A stretch of 64,000 nucleotides of DNA from Monocercomonoides exilis PA203 (Eukaryota > Protista > Preaxostyla): the NCBI GenBank assembly GCA_001643675.2, contig LSRY02000010.1:1116001-1180000 (forward strand), given 5' to 3'. Shown piece after piece: positions 49,330 through 62,226 of the stretch. The notes beneath the pieces were generated by a model. The model worked only from the letters and a program-made list of their open reading frames with translations. It was not told the DNA's origin and did not search any database. Made by a program: the position numbers and the translations under genes. The stretch's first letter is position 1, and each line of letters starts with the position of its first letter.

Positions 49330-51949
49330 ATGAGTAACTTTTTAGCTGAAAGACCTGTATGCGTTGCATGAATTATTGTTTAATGGAACTTATTCAATTC
49401 TTTTTTCAAAATATTTTTATTCGGATTATTTAAATAAGCTTGAAACGAGCTTTTTACCGACAACGACAACATCAAATGCTCATGAATTTCTATTTTCTAA
49501 TGAAAATTTTTCAAAGCCCTCTTGCTCATTGCTTGCATTTTCCTCGAAAATCCAGCAAGTACATCCATCTTTGATACATTCAAACTCTGAACTTTTTGCT
49601 TTTGGTACTTCTTCTTCTTCTTCTTCAGAAAGTTACTTGCCTTCGCATGAATCAACAAATTATTGTTCTTTACATCATCTTAAAAAAGAAAGCAAATTTC
49701 TTTCACAGCATTATCCTTTGTCATTTTGCGAATCCAATCCTTGTGTACTTCAGACTTTTACAAGCACGTTCTCTGATCCATTGACTGGTCTTTTAAATGC
49801 ATCAACATCATCTTCGGAAGCAACTATTTTTTCAACTTCTTTCCCACAAAAGGATCAATGCGGAACAACAGATGGAAAATATATATCATTGAAAAGTTCA
49901 AAAGTTAATTACTCAACCAAAAATGATGAAATGGCTATTCATCTACGAAATAAAGCGAAACTAGGCCATTGTGATTTAACGAAACCTCAGTTGCATTTGG
50001 GGGAAATCAATGAAAATAAAGAACTATTGAACTCTACGCAATTCCCAGAATTACCTCCACTAACCCCATCTTCTGAATTGTCATTATCAGAAAATGCATC
50101 GCCCGTAGAAGATCTTACGACAGCAATTGATGCCTGGCACCCGCTGGGTTGGACATCCAGCATGTTCGCCGCAGATCTGCAAGGCGCAAAGGAGCAGATA
50201 ACTGGCACAGAAGATTTGAATGCGCTGATACACGAAATCATGTTTCATTGGAACTCGCAGGACTCGAGGTGCGAGAGGCACTACCGCACAAGCCTGGAGC
50301 GGCTGTTGGACACGCTGCGGCAGAAAGAGGGCGAGGAGCGGACTGCTGTGGTTCAGCAGATCACAAGCTTGGAAGCGCAGCACAAGAGGAAGCGGAGAAG
50401 GCTTTCGTACAAACAGGTGAATGAAGCAAGAGAAGTGAAGAAGATTATTGGCATGTGGATAACAAAGGGCCATTTCGCTGATAAGAAGGAAAAAGCCATT
50501 TGGAGCAAAGCGGAGCAGGCTGATGCTAAAGAAAATGTTGAATATGGAGATTTAGATGGTGATGATTTTGGCGAAGGAAAAATGGAAACAGAAAAGAAAG
50601 AGAGAGGAAATGAAACTACAGAATGTGAATCTGACAGCGAGAAGAAAAAAGAAGTGAAAAATTTGGATGAACTGCAGAAGCTGACAATCGAAGAGCTGAG
50701 AACAATGCTCATTGAAGGAAAGGATGATCAGTCATGCGACGAGGATAAAGAGGCAATGCTGCAGCACCTTCGACAAAAGGAAATAGAAGAACAAAAAAGA
50801 ACTGAAACAGCAAACTTCCCATCTCCTTTAGAAATGATCACAAGCATTGCGAATTTGAAAAGGGCTATTTTTGATGTTATGCCCACAACCGATGCAAAGA
50901 AATCTGATCAAAAAATCCTAGCAAAAAAAGAGCATGAAAATGGTGAAGCAATCGCGAAAGAGAAAAGTAAGTATTCTTCTTTAGGAACATCTTCTTCAGT
51001 TGCTCTTCTTCGAGATACAAGAAGTTCTTTAGCCAAAAAGAATCAAAGCAAATTCATAGCATCTGCCAATGATGACGAGTCAACTTATTCTTCTGTCTCG
51101 TCATCAATGGATGATGCAGAAGATGAAAAAGCTTCAAATGACAATTTTGATTTATCACCCAAAATGAGTTATTTGGATCAACAATCTCCATTTCAATCTT
51201 TCACACAGAACGTTCCATTATGTTTATCAAACCATCATCCAATTGTCGTTCCATCCATTCCAACATCACTTCTCCTAAACACTCCAACACAACAAAGGAC
51301 TTCTCAATGCATGCTTAACTTCAGTAACAGAACTGGACAATCAGCTTCACCCAAAAACAACCATTCGTTACTTGAAATAATGAAAATAAGTGATAATTCA
51401 AATAGAAGTTCTATTTCGCATGATTCATTCACATCCTTTCAACTTCAATTTCAAGATCCATTTTCGCTTTCTTCAGCAGCACAATCACAATACCTGCAAA
51501 ACACAGTAAAGCCAACTAGAGCTCTAAATATTGTTCCTTATTCTCGCAATGAACCTAAATCAGAAACTTCAGAAGGCATTCAATGTTCAACTGGTAATGT
51601 TCAATTGTCTTCTCAAAAGCCTTTTTATTTCTCTAATTCTTCCTCTTCCTCTTCAAAGAGCGTTTGCTTAAGTGAAACCATTCCTATTTCCTCGCTGGTC
51701 AATCACCGCTATTCCACAAAAGTGTACATCCGCCAGCTTTCTCCTCTTGTTCTGTTTGGATCTGCTGCTCTGCTGCATAAAGTGTGCATTCTGAGAAGAG
51801 CAAGGAAGAAAGTGAGGCTGGAAAGGGGAAGAAGGATCTTTCAGAAGATACAGTTCAACCCACCGCGCAAGGATCAGATCTATTTGTGGACATTCACACG
51901 ATTTAGCGATAGAGACAGGAGAAGAGAAGAGAAGAAGAGAAAGAAGTGA
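49330..51949 (+). CDS. Hypothetical protein, Trp-rich GxWxxKxW family paralog D
   Basis: Exon 1 MSNFLAERP, intron about 49357-49438, then AWHP...HWNSQD...KRKRRRLSYKQVNEAREVKKIIGMWITKGHFADKKEKAIW...LTIEELRTML. Confidence 0.8.
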
Positions 51950-52300
51950 TAATTTTTCTTTTTTTGTTTTGTTTTTTTGACTAATTTGCTGTAACTGTTA
52001 AATGTTTTGACTCAGAAAAAAATTATTTTTTATTTTTTATTTTAAATTAAAAAAAGATTGAAAATTGCACTTTGAATCGCTTCTATATGTTTTTTTAACA
52101 ATTCTTATTTTTCACTTTCAATTGTGCTTCAGGAAAGCAAAAAAGAATCATTTCTCATTCTTTTTTCAAAACGCACCCTTTAACCTTGCTAAAAGAAAGT
52201 GATGTGATTCTGCAAGCAACTTCAACAAAAAAAGAAAGAGAGATTTAACAAAAAAGGTGTTGAATTTGAGGATGAAACAAACAGCGAAGTGGTGGAATGT

Positions 52301-55130
52301 TCAATGACGTGTGGAGGACTGCGATCTTTCGTTTTGAGAAGGCGAAAGGCGACGTGATGAAGCAGAAGAAGAAGAGCTTTGCGCTGAAGCAGACGCGGAG
52401 CGAGACGATGAAGAAGAAGCATTCCTCGGAGAAATATCATTTTTCCGTCTGTCAGAGTCCATTTCTTCGTCCCTGTCATTGTCATCTCCACGAGAAGACG
52501 AAATAGCAGCGCGCTTCACTTTCGACTGCAGCGCAGAAATGCGCGTCTGCTCGTTCGTCACTGACAGGCTCATCAGCGGAGTGTGCTTGTCCTCCCTCTC
52601 AATCGCATCTTCCAGCATTGACAAAGCATCTCTTCCTCCGAGGCTGCTCGCCTGGAGCGCCCGCCGCCTCGCCATGAAAGACGAGTCGGAGGCAGCAGAC
52701 AAAGCATCGTCCAGAAGCTTCACACGCTCCTGCAATGCGTCGTTCTGGTTGCGCAGCTCCCGAACTTCTCGCTCTAATTCTTTTCTTCTCTTCGCGCTGT
52801 CGCGGAGAGAGTCTGCTTCTTCGTGCAGCTTGTCGTGTCGCTCTTTCAGCGCCTGGTATAACTCTCTGGATGTTGAAAGAGGCAAAAAATAATTAGCAAT
52901 AAAAGACAATTTAATGTTTTTTTTTAAAAAAAAGTTGAAAACAATTGAATTCGAAAAAATGAAGAATATGAAAGAAAAAGGAAATTATTTCTTTCAAATA
53001 AAGAAATGAATCAAAAAATCACACTTTTGTGCTTCAAGATTCTTTTCACATTCTTCTGCTCTTCGTTTGTACAGAGAGATTTCAATGAGTTGTGTCTCCA
53101 GCTGCTCAATTTTCTGATGCAGCGCAAAGTTTTTGTCATCTTGTTCGTGAACATTCCTTTCCAGTTCATTAACATGTAGTTCAACAAGTCTGCGTGCTTC
53201 CTCCACATTTTTCAGGTGCTCTAATTCTTTTTGTGTTCCTGGATATAGTTAATAATGAAATCATAATAAAAGTGGAGGAATTACAAATAAATATGAAAGG
53301 AATAAATGAGTGTCAATTTGAATAGAACAATAATAACATGATAGATTTTTAAAAAGAAAAAAATATATTTTATGAGCAAAGATAATAAATATCTCAAGTA
53401 ACATTAACTTAAAGATGTGCAGTATTCACACTTTCCAAGTCTGCTTGGGCCCTGTTGAAAGCCTCAGTGAGTCTTCTTTCGTTCTCTTCTGTTGCTTGTT
53501 TCGCTGCTTTCCGTTCTGCCTCCAGCATCGCCACTGTTGACTTCAATCTGTCGTGGTCCTTGATTGTCTTCAAATAATTGTCTCTTAAATCTTCAAGTTT
53601 TTCTTCGGCATCTTTCCTCGCTGCCTCGCTTCGCTCCAAATTCACCCGCTTTTCTTCTACCTCGCCTTGCATCAGCTTATGTGACCGCTCAATTTCTTGT
53701 GTCAGTTCTTGCATCTTTTTCATATCGATTTTTACTTCATTAATTTCTCTTTGTCTCTTTCTTGCTTCTGTTTCGCTTTCCCTTCGCTTGTTCTCTTCTC
53801 TCTGAAGATTGTCTTCAGTCCCTGCTAATCTAATAGACAGCTCAGAAATCTGCTTTTGAAGATTGTCTATTTGGAACAGTGATTCATCATTGCTCCTTCG
53901 AAGCTCCTTGATTTTTTCGTCATATTCCTGTTGAGTTGCTTTATGTGCTGCTCTTTCGCTTGTTGTCTCGTTTCTCGATTCGCTCAGTCGATTTTTCAGC
54001 TGTTGAATGAAAAATAATACATTTCCATAACGAATAATAATGATTGCGTTACGAAATCGAAATTATTTCGTATTAAATAAGTCAAAAATTCAAATACTTC
54101 TTCGTTCTCTTCTACGAGCAAATTGGTTCTTCTTGAAATCGATTCAATATCATCTTTTTGCTTCGAAATGGTATTGTTCAATTCTTCAATTCTAAGATGT
54201 CATAAAAAATCAATGTGTTCACAAATTAATAATTGAAGCATTGAAAATGTCAAAATTGAATGTTTCGTTTAAAAAAACAAGCTTTGACGTACTGATGAAG
54301 AAATTCTTCTTTTTGTGAATAAATTGTTTCGCGCATTTCATCTATTTTTGCATTTGCTGCATCTTGAGCTTTTTGCTTTTCCTCTCGTACCTTTTCAGAA
54401 ATAGAAAATATAAAAAATAAACAATAAGATTAATAAATGAAAAAATACTTCGTCAAGTTTCAATTCCAAATTTTTAATTTGTAGTTTTAATTCATCGTTT
54501 TCGGTTTGTTTGTTTTCTAGGTTTTGTTGAAGCTCGTCAATTCTAGATTTTGATTATTAATTTTTTAAATGCTAATATCATTCAAACTGTTCTCGAAGTT
54601 GAAGTTCCAAGATTTTCCTTTGCTCTGTAGATGACTCGCCAAGCTTCTGTGCTTCTTCCTTTGCCTTTTTAATTGTATCTAGCAACTTGAAAATGGATTA
54701 AAATTCAAAAAATTAAAAATTTTCATAAAAAACTTTCTCGTTTTCTTGCTTGAGCCTCTTTATTTCATTACTTTGCTTTTGGCATTTTTGTTGTAATTTA
54801 TCATTTTTTTGTTGAAGTTCTTCTGCAAGTTCTTCATTCTCCTGTTCCTTTTCCTCTAATTCTATTAATCTCTGCCTACTTTCTTCATCAGCTCTCTGAT
54901 ATTCTTTCACCATTTTTTCATAGTGTTCGACTTCCGCTTTTTGATAATTTATTTCTCTTTTCTTCATTTAATAATTTTAAAAAAATATTTCAAATAATTA
55001 TTTTTAAATAAATTTCAAGAATGCAAACAAGTTTTTCATTTTCTTTCATAGCTCTTTCATATTCTTGATAAGCCTTCAACGCATCTGGCCCTTGAGCAGC
55101 CGCTTCTTCTGCTGTACAAAAATTTCCCAT
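52301..55130 (-). CDS. Multi-exon long coiled-coil protein with N-terminal MGNFC acylation motif
   Basis: A series of E/K/Q/L heptad-rich exons separated by AT-rich introns, starting MGNFCTAEEAAAQG at ATG 55130. Confidence 0.75.
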
Positions 55131-55229
55131 TCGAAATATGAAAGAAAACAAAAATATAACGGTTGTTAATGATCCAATTCCCATTCTGAATTTCTTATTT
55201 CTAATTTCCTTGCTGTTCTCTTTTTTTAA
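55131..55229. promoter_or_regulatory. Probable compact bidirectional promoter
   Basis: 99 bp lie between the inferred divergent start codons at 55130 (-) and 55230 (+). Confidence 0.45.
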
Positions 55230-57940
55230 ATGAGTATGAATGAATTCTTAGAATTTTTTATCATTAACTTATTTTTGTACACAAGAAAATTGCGTAGATG
55301 AAGGAATTCTTCACGCTCTTGGACCGAAAATTCATTTCAATGGAATAACTCCTGATCACAAAGTACTCATATTTTTTTGGCATTTAGCTTTAAACGTTGA
55401 TTTTTACGATTATTTAGATTCAGGCAAAATGGAAACGTCGTCCGAAATACGTGATGGTATATCGAAAGCCAAATGCTCCTTCAATTGACAAGCCTACATT
55501 TGAAATTGTTGAATATTTATTGTCCAAACGTTTGACTGTGTTTATGGAAGTTCCAGAATACACACACTTCCTTGAACATTGCAATACAACTCAAATTCCA
55601 TATTGCGGCCCTCAGATTTCCTCTTCAACTGCTCCTGAGTCGGAGAAAATCCATGTTTGCAATCAGAATGTCTGCAAAAATTCAAAGAAATTGGGACATC
55701 TGGAGTGGATAATAGCAAGAGATCCGTTAAATGACTTAAGAATTAATTTTCAAGGGATTCTCTCAGAAGATGAAGCAAAAGCAAAAACATATTTTTCGAC
55801 TTCTCCATCTCCTCAGCCAATTCCTCAACCTTTAACTCCTAAACCATCTCTTTCGCGGTCCTCGTCTCAGTTGTCATCAAGGAGAGGGCATTCTTATTCA
55901 AGGTCTCTTCTCACATCACCTACAAAGGAACTTGAACAGCATGAAGCTGCAATTGATCTTTCTCCGTACATCATTAATTGTAGCATTCCATCATTTCAAT
56001 TAAGCGAAATTGATTGCCTTGTTGTTGTTGGAGGTGACGGGACGCTTATCCGCGCTGCGGGGCTCTTTTCTGAGCGCTGTCCTCCAATAATACCATTTTC
56101 TGGAGGAACAATGGGATTCTTAACACCATTTCCTTTAAACAACCCTCAAAGTGTGCTTGAAGAGATCTTTGGCGAAGACGATGAGGAGGAAGAAGAAGAA
56201 GAACGGAGCACAGCCGAGGAGAAAAATGAAGAGTCGAAGCAGCTGCTGAGCAAAGACAGCGAAGACTCGCTGCTGAAGCCGCGGAAGAAGCGGCGGCGGT
56301 GCAGAATGACGAGGCAGTTCAGTCTGATGGAGCGGTCGCGACTGTGGGTGCGGATCATCGACATGAACGACACGGCGTCGGAGGAAGAAGAGGTGAAGAA
56401 GGAGAGAGAGCGGAGGCGCATGGAGGAGATGCTGCGGGACAGCGGCGGGCAGCTCGAGGCAGGAGGGATAACTGTTGTGAAGGCGCAGGATATGTCCTCG
56501 TTTGCAGAGAAGGACATCGTCCTGCCAGCAAATATGCGCGTCCCTGCGGCTGTGCCTGAGCGCCTCTCTTCATCCGCCACTTCATCGCTCACTCCTTTGT
56601 CTCCTTCTGCATTCTCTTCTTCTTCTTCTTCCGCTTTTTCCTCTTCCTCCTCTTCTTCTTCTTCTTCTTCCTCCTCCTCAGGAAGCGTTTCTGCTCTCAG
56701 TCCAACCACCAATTCTCCTTCGCTTCTTTGTGCGCCACAAGCAACAATCCCCGCGTTTTCTCTTCTTTCTCCGCTGAACTCGCCCGCATCTGCCTCTCTC
56801 TCCACCTCCCCCAACGCTGTCGTCTCCTCCTCTCTTTCGTCGTCTGCCGGCTCATTCTCCTCTTCTGCCTCGTTCGGCTCCACCGTCTCCTTCGCCTCTG
56901 CCGCCTCGCTCCAGAGGAAGCCCCGCAACTCGCCCGCACTCGTGCTGGAGTGCCACGTGATGAACGAAGTCGCCACGAACGGCGTCGTCTCGCGGCTGGA
57001 GACACTGCAGCTCTGCGTCGACGGCTGGTACACCACTTTGGTGATGGCCTCGGGGCTGATCTTAGCATCGGCCACCGGATCGTCTGCGTTCTCCGCTTCT
57101 GCTGGAGGCGCTATTGTGCATCCTTCTGTGTGTTTATCTTGTGCTTTTTTTTATTATTTCTCCTTCCTTTTTCAATTTTTTTTTCTTCTTTAACAGGTCC
57201 CAGCCATCCTCATCACCCCCGTCTGCCCTCACTCTCTCTCCTTCCGCCCGCTGATTGTCCCAGACTCCTCCACCGTCGCCATCCGCATCCCGCCTGAAGT
57301 GAAGCACACTCCGATTGTGACCTTTGACGGGAGAGGGATGGTGATGCTGCGGAGAAACCAGCTGATGGTCGTCACCCGCTCTGCCTCGCCCGTGCTCGCC
57401 ATCTGCCGCAAATCTCCGCTCGCTGACTGGATCGCCAGCCTGGACACGTGCCTCTTCTTCAACAAGCGCACACAGATGCAGCAGCCCCCTGCACCACCTC
57501 CGCCACTCGATTTGAACCAGTTCACATGCAAAACACGGAGAAATACGGAGAAATTTGACAGTGACGACGATGAAGAAGATGAAGACGAGGATGAAGAGGA
57601 TGAAGAACTGGAATATTCAGACGCAGCTGTAGAAGGGGATGATTTCTACGTCAGCTCAGACTCCAACGATGAAGCTTCACGTGCGAAACGGCTGACGCTC
57701 CTCGAACCTCAGCACCAGCAGCAGATGCTGAACGCTTCTCCCACTCATTTCCCTGCTTCTTCCTCAACCACTATCACCACAACCTTACCTCCATCCTCTG
57801 ATTCTCTCACAGATGAAATTCATTCTCAACTAAAGAGAATTCCTTCCTTTCAAATCACAGGAACTCTTCCAAATCAGTCTGATTTTCTTCCAAGACCTCT
57901 CATCGTTCCTTCAACTTTTCATCATTCAAAAAGTTCTTAA
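55230..57940 (+). CDS. NADK: NAD(H) kinase family protein with large insertions
   Basis: VVVGGDGTL, PPII...GTMGFL, MNEV, SGLILASATGSSAFSASAGG, ITPVCPHSLSFRPL and TFDG. Introns at about 55234-55297, 55363-55417 and 57128-57196. Confidence 0.9.
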
Positions 57941-59638
57941 AGAACTTGATATGTAATTTTGTACTTTTCAATTATTTTTTGTTTTAGATTGATTCAGGTG
58001 TTGCCTGCTCTCTTTTACAAAAATTTTCGTTTTTTCTTGGTATATGTTTTATGGTCATCTTGTTAAAAAGGAATACAACTTTTTTGAAAAAAGTTCAATC
58101 ATTGTTTTCATTTTGGATACAAACATTTTCAAAAAATCAAAATATGAAATGAATTCTCAAGACGAAAAATCTTTATTTTCAAAAAAGAGTAATATTCACA
58201 TGTTTCTTTTTTGTTGTTCTCTCTATCTCTCTCTTTCATCCTTAATAGAAAATAATAAAAATTAAAAACAGTTAATGAAAACAAATACAAATTGAGAAAA
58301 AAATGAAAATTTTTTCAAGTATTTGAAAATTCACATTCAAAAAAATCATTTGCATTTTCTGAAATTAAATGTTAATCAGCCCCTTAGATGTGTAAGGAAT
58401 GATCCACATGGGTTGCATTCGGAACAGGTCTGTGAATAGGTTTTCATCATTAACATTTAGTGTGTAAATGAAGAAGAAAAATCAAATAACATCAAATTTT
58501 CATATATCTTCTTTCACGCATTTCATAAATTCCTCTCGTTTTATAATACCTTTAAAATAACTGTGAACCATCTTTTCATTTCTTTTTCCATTACGAAATG
58601 ATTTATCAAAAGCAATAAATGCTCTTAAACACGAAATAAAAAATTTTTGATTATCATATGAGGAATTAATTGATCTTTTGCTCACCCATTTATTGAAAAG
58701 TTATTTTTCTTGTTTTTAAAATCTATTATTCCAGTGATTATTCAAAAATAATTTTCAACAAAATTATTTGGAAATATCAAAGAGTTGAAAATATACGGAC
58801 ATGTTATTCATTTGAAGAAAATTGCGAAATTTCTCAATCAATATTCAAAAATGTTTCAGAATAATTTTTTTAAATTGTTGATTTACAAGAAGTTTTGGAC
58901 TTAAACTTATCAATGTTCAATTTCAATGAGTCATTTTCTCGATGATAAGCTTGGGGAAGATTTTTGACAAGTGTTTGATGGATCATTTTCCTTGTTTTTT
59001 CTGTTTTTACAGAATCGTTTGAATTCTTTCAATTTTATCCTCGGAGAATGTCGGTTTCCTTGTAATATTAAAAAAATAAGCAATTTATAATTTCTTTCGC
59101 ATTTGCTTATAATTTTTCTTCGTCATTTTTCCTCTCCCTCATTATGATTAACATATTTCCGAATTTCAGGTTAAAAATGTGTAGCAATTTAATTTCTGAT
59201 TTTATCAAAGCTCTGTCCACCAGAAATATCGCATTCATAATTCATATTCCTTGTCTTTTCTTTTTTTGAAGCCACATAAACAGTATTCTTCAAACGATGA
59301 AAAATTCTTCAAGAAAAAGTATATTTGTTAGTGTTGAGACTTTGAAATATGAATTTCTGAGAAAATTGTCCTTTATTTCCCTTTTGTAATGCATGCAAAG
59401 CTCGATTTCCGAGTTGCGTGGATTGCAAAGTGTTTTATCGAAAAGTTAGGATGAAAAGCTGAAAGGGATTAAAAGCGCTTTGAATTCAATACTATCAACA
59501 GTGTTAAGTCTGGAACCAAAGAAATCTCTTCATTTGTTTTCCGTTTATCGAATTAAAGGAACGGAGGTGGTTATCCTTTTTCAACTAAGTTCATCGAACA
59601 TGTCTGCTTTTTGATGATTCAACGAGAGATTTGACATA

Positions 59639-60617
59639 GGGTCATAATTTTATTAGTACCCCGTTTTTTATTAGATCCTAAATTTTTTTTCTCATATTGC
59701 TTTATATAGACGCTTATACGCAATGAGAATAATTTTAAAACAAATAATATATTATTATAAGGTTGTATACCAATTATTTTTGAAAATCATTTCTTTTAAA
59801 AAAAGATCTGAATTTTTTAAGTTTTATTTTTTGATCAATGTTTTGCTCGTGTTTCCACGAGTTTTTGAAACTGAGCATTTTCCTTGTTAGGATTATTTTT
59901 AAACTTTTCTTTTTAACATTTTTGGTTATTTAATAACATGAAAAACTCTTTTTTTTCAATAGTTTTCACACCTCACCTTTTTTTCGTAAAACTGAAATTT
60001 AGAACGAACATGTTGTTATTTTTTGAATTAGTCATGTGTGAATAATTTGTAAATTAGTGTTACAAAGAATAAAGGTGATGAAAAATTTAATCAATAAGTA
60101 TTTATATCAGAAAATGAAAAAGTTGATTTTTTGTTTAACCAGTTTATTTTTTTTTTAAAATGAAATTTTTAAAGTAATCTTAAATATTTGATATAACATT
60201 AAATAATGTATCATAGAAAAACAGACAATCATGTTAATAACAATTTCCTTTGTTGAAATTTCAGTTTTACGAAAAAAAGGTGAGGTGTGAAAACTATTGA
60301 AAAAAAAGAGTTTTTCATGTTATTAAATAACCAAAAATGTTAAAAAGAAAAGTTTAAAAATAATCCTAACAAGGAAAATGCTCAGTTTCAAAAACTCGTG
60401 GAAACACGAGCAAAACATTGATCAAAAAATAAAACTTAAAAAATTCAGATCTTTTTTTAAAAGAAATGATTTTCAAAAATAATTGGTATACAACCTTATA
60501 ATAATATATTATTTGTTTTAAAATTATTCTCATTGCGTATAAGCGTCTATATAAAGCAATATGAGAAAAAAAATTTAGGATCTAATAAAAAACGGGGTAC
60601 TAATAAAATTATGACCC
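59639..60617. mobile_element. Foldback element 1: 362-bp near-perfect TIRs, 255-bp spacer, non-coding
   Basis: 59639-60000 is the reverse complement of 60256-60617. Termini GGGTCATAAT...ATTATGACCC. Confidence 0.9.
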
Positions 60618-60671
60618 AATATCTGCTTGTTCTGTGAACCCCAGATTACTTTATTTGTTTGAATTGAAATA

Positions 60672-61694
60672 GGGTGATTTATAAACCCGAATATTTTCAT
60701 CAACCCGGTTATTTTTTTTTTTTTTTTTTTGTTCGTTGAAACAGAATAAATACAACATAAAAATATAAAAAGCAAACATTTATTTATTTATTTAACAATT
60801 TTGTGACAGTACTAGAATTTTTTTGTTTCAATTTTTGTTTTTGATGAAGATCTGAGGAATTTTTAATTTATTTTTGATCATTTGTTTTATCCAATTTTAA
60901 CCAACTCTCTTTCTTTGTTTATTTTTAATTACAATGTCATAAAACGTGCATATTGACCTTTAATAATTCCAAATGTTCTATGTTTTTATCTTTTTTTTCG
61001 AATGTTTTTGACATTTCATCTTTTTTGACAAAAAATTTGAAAATATGAAAATTAAGAGCTTAAAAACATTTTCTTCATATTTTAAATGATATACATGAAT
61101 AGAAAAAGGTTTGCATAAAGCATTCACCGAGTTAAAATTTTGTGAAATGTTGTTGTTTTCATTACACACATTAAATATTGAAAATGATAAAAATGTTCAT
61201 TTTGCGTTCAATTTAATTTAAAATGACTAATTATTTAGATTACCAATGCATTATAATCTTTTTTACACGACGCAGTAATGAATAATCCTTTAAAATAAAA
61301 ATATAAGCTCTGTAATTTTCATTTTTACATATTTTTTGAAAAAAATGATGAAATGTGAAAAACATTCGAAAAAAAAGATAAAAACATAGAACATTTGGAA
61401 TTATTAAAGGTCAATATGCACGTTTTATGACATTGTAATTAAAAATAAACAAAGAAAGAGAGTTGGTTAAAATTGGATAAAACAAATGATCAAAAATAAA
61501 TTAAAAATTCCTCAGATCTTCATCAAAAACAAAAATTGAAACAAAAAAATTCTAGTACTGTCACAAAATTGTTAAATAAATAAATAAATGTTTGCTTTTT
61601 ATATTTTTATGTTGTATTTATTCTGTTTCAACGAACAAAAAAAAAAAAAAAAAATAACCGGGTTGATGAAAATATTCGGGTTTATAAATCATCC
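60672..61694. mobile_element. Foldback element 2: near-perfect TIRs of about 350-365 bp, flanked by TA, non-coding
   Basis: 60672 to about 61036 is the reverse complement of about 61330-61694. Termini GGGTGATTTATAAACCCG / GGATGATTTATAAACCCG. Confidence 0.9.
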
Positions 61695-62226
61695 TAATGC
61701 AATTGTTGATAAATGAAGAACAGTCCTGTTATGTATGTGAAGTGCAATTTTGGATTATGCACAAGATATGACTGGGAACAAAATTATCATATGTTGCATC
61801 CATGTTGATAACATATCGTACCATATGTTTTTATCTTCAGACTGTTTACGAAAAGAAGGGAATAAATATTTTCAATTTTTTTGTGAAAGAATCACTTTAT
61901 CAACTTTTGATTGAAAAAAAAATCCATAAGAGTTCTTTTAACGAGAAGTTGCAAATGTTAAAATTTCAGGTTAAAAGAAACTTTCCACTTTTTGATTGAT
62001 TTTTGAAACTGACAAGTCAAACTTCTCCACGTTAAACGGATTTGTAAAAAAAATTTCAATAACAAATCCAAAATTCACAAAATATGAAAAAGAAAATAGA
62101 TAACTAATTAAAATGATAATAAAATCTGCTTCAAAAACTAGTCAACAAAAACACTTCCATAAATAAAAACAATTACATCAAAAGAATAGCAACTGCAATT
62201 CAAATCACAAAATTGAAGCACTGATA

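Noticed and set aside
56146-57297. Overlapping ORFs 56146..57075 (-) and 56728..57297 (+)
   Set aside because: GC-rich shadows of the NAD kinase exon.
3479-58690. Isolated GGGT[C/G]A motifs near 3479, 18850 and 58685 as further element ends
   Set aside because: No matching partner arm could be found by eye; too short to be significant alone.
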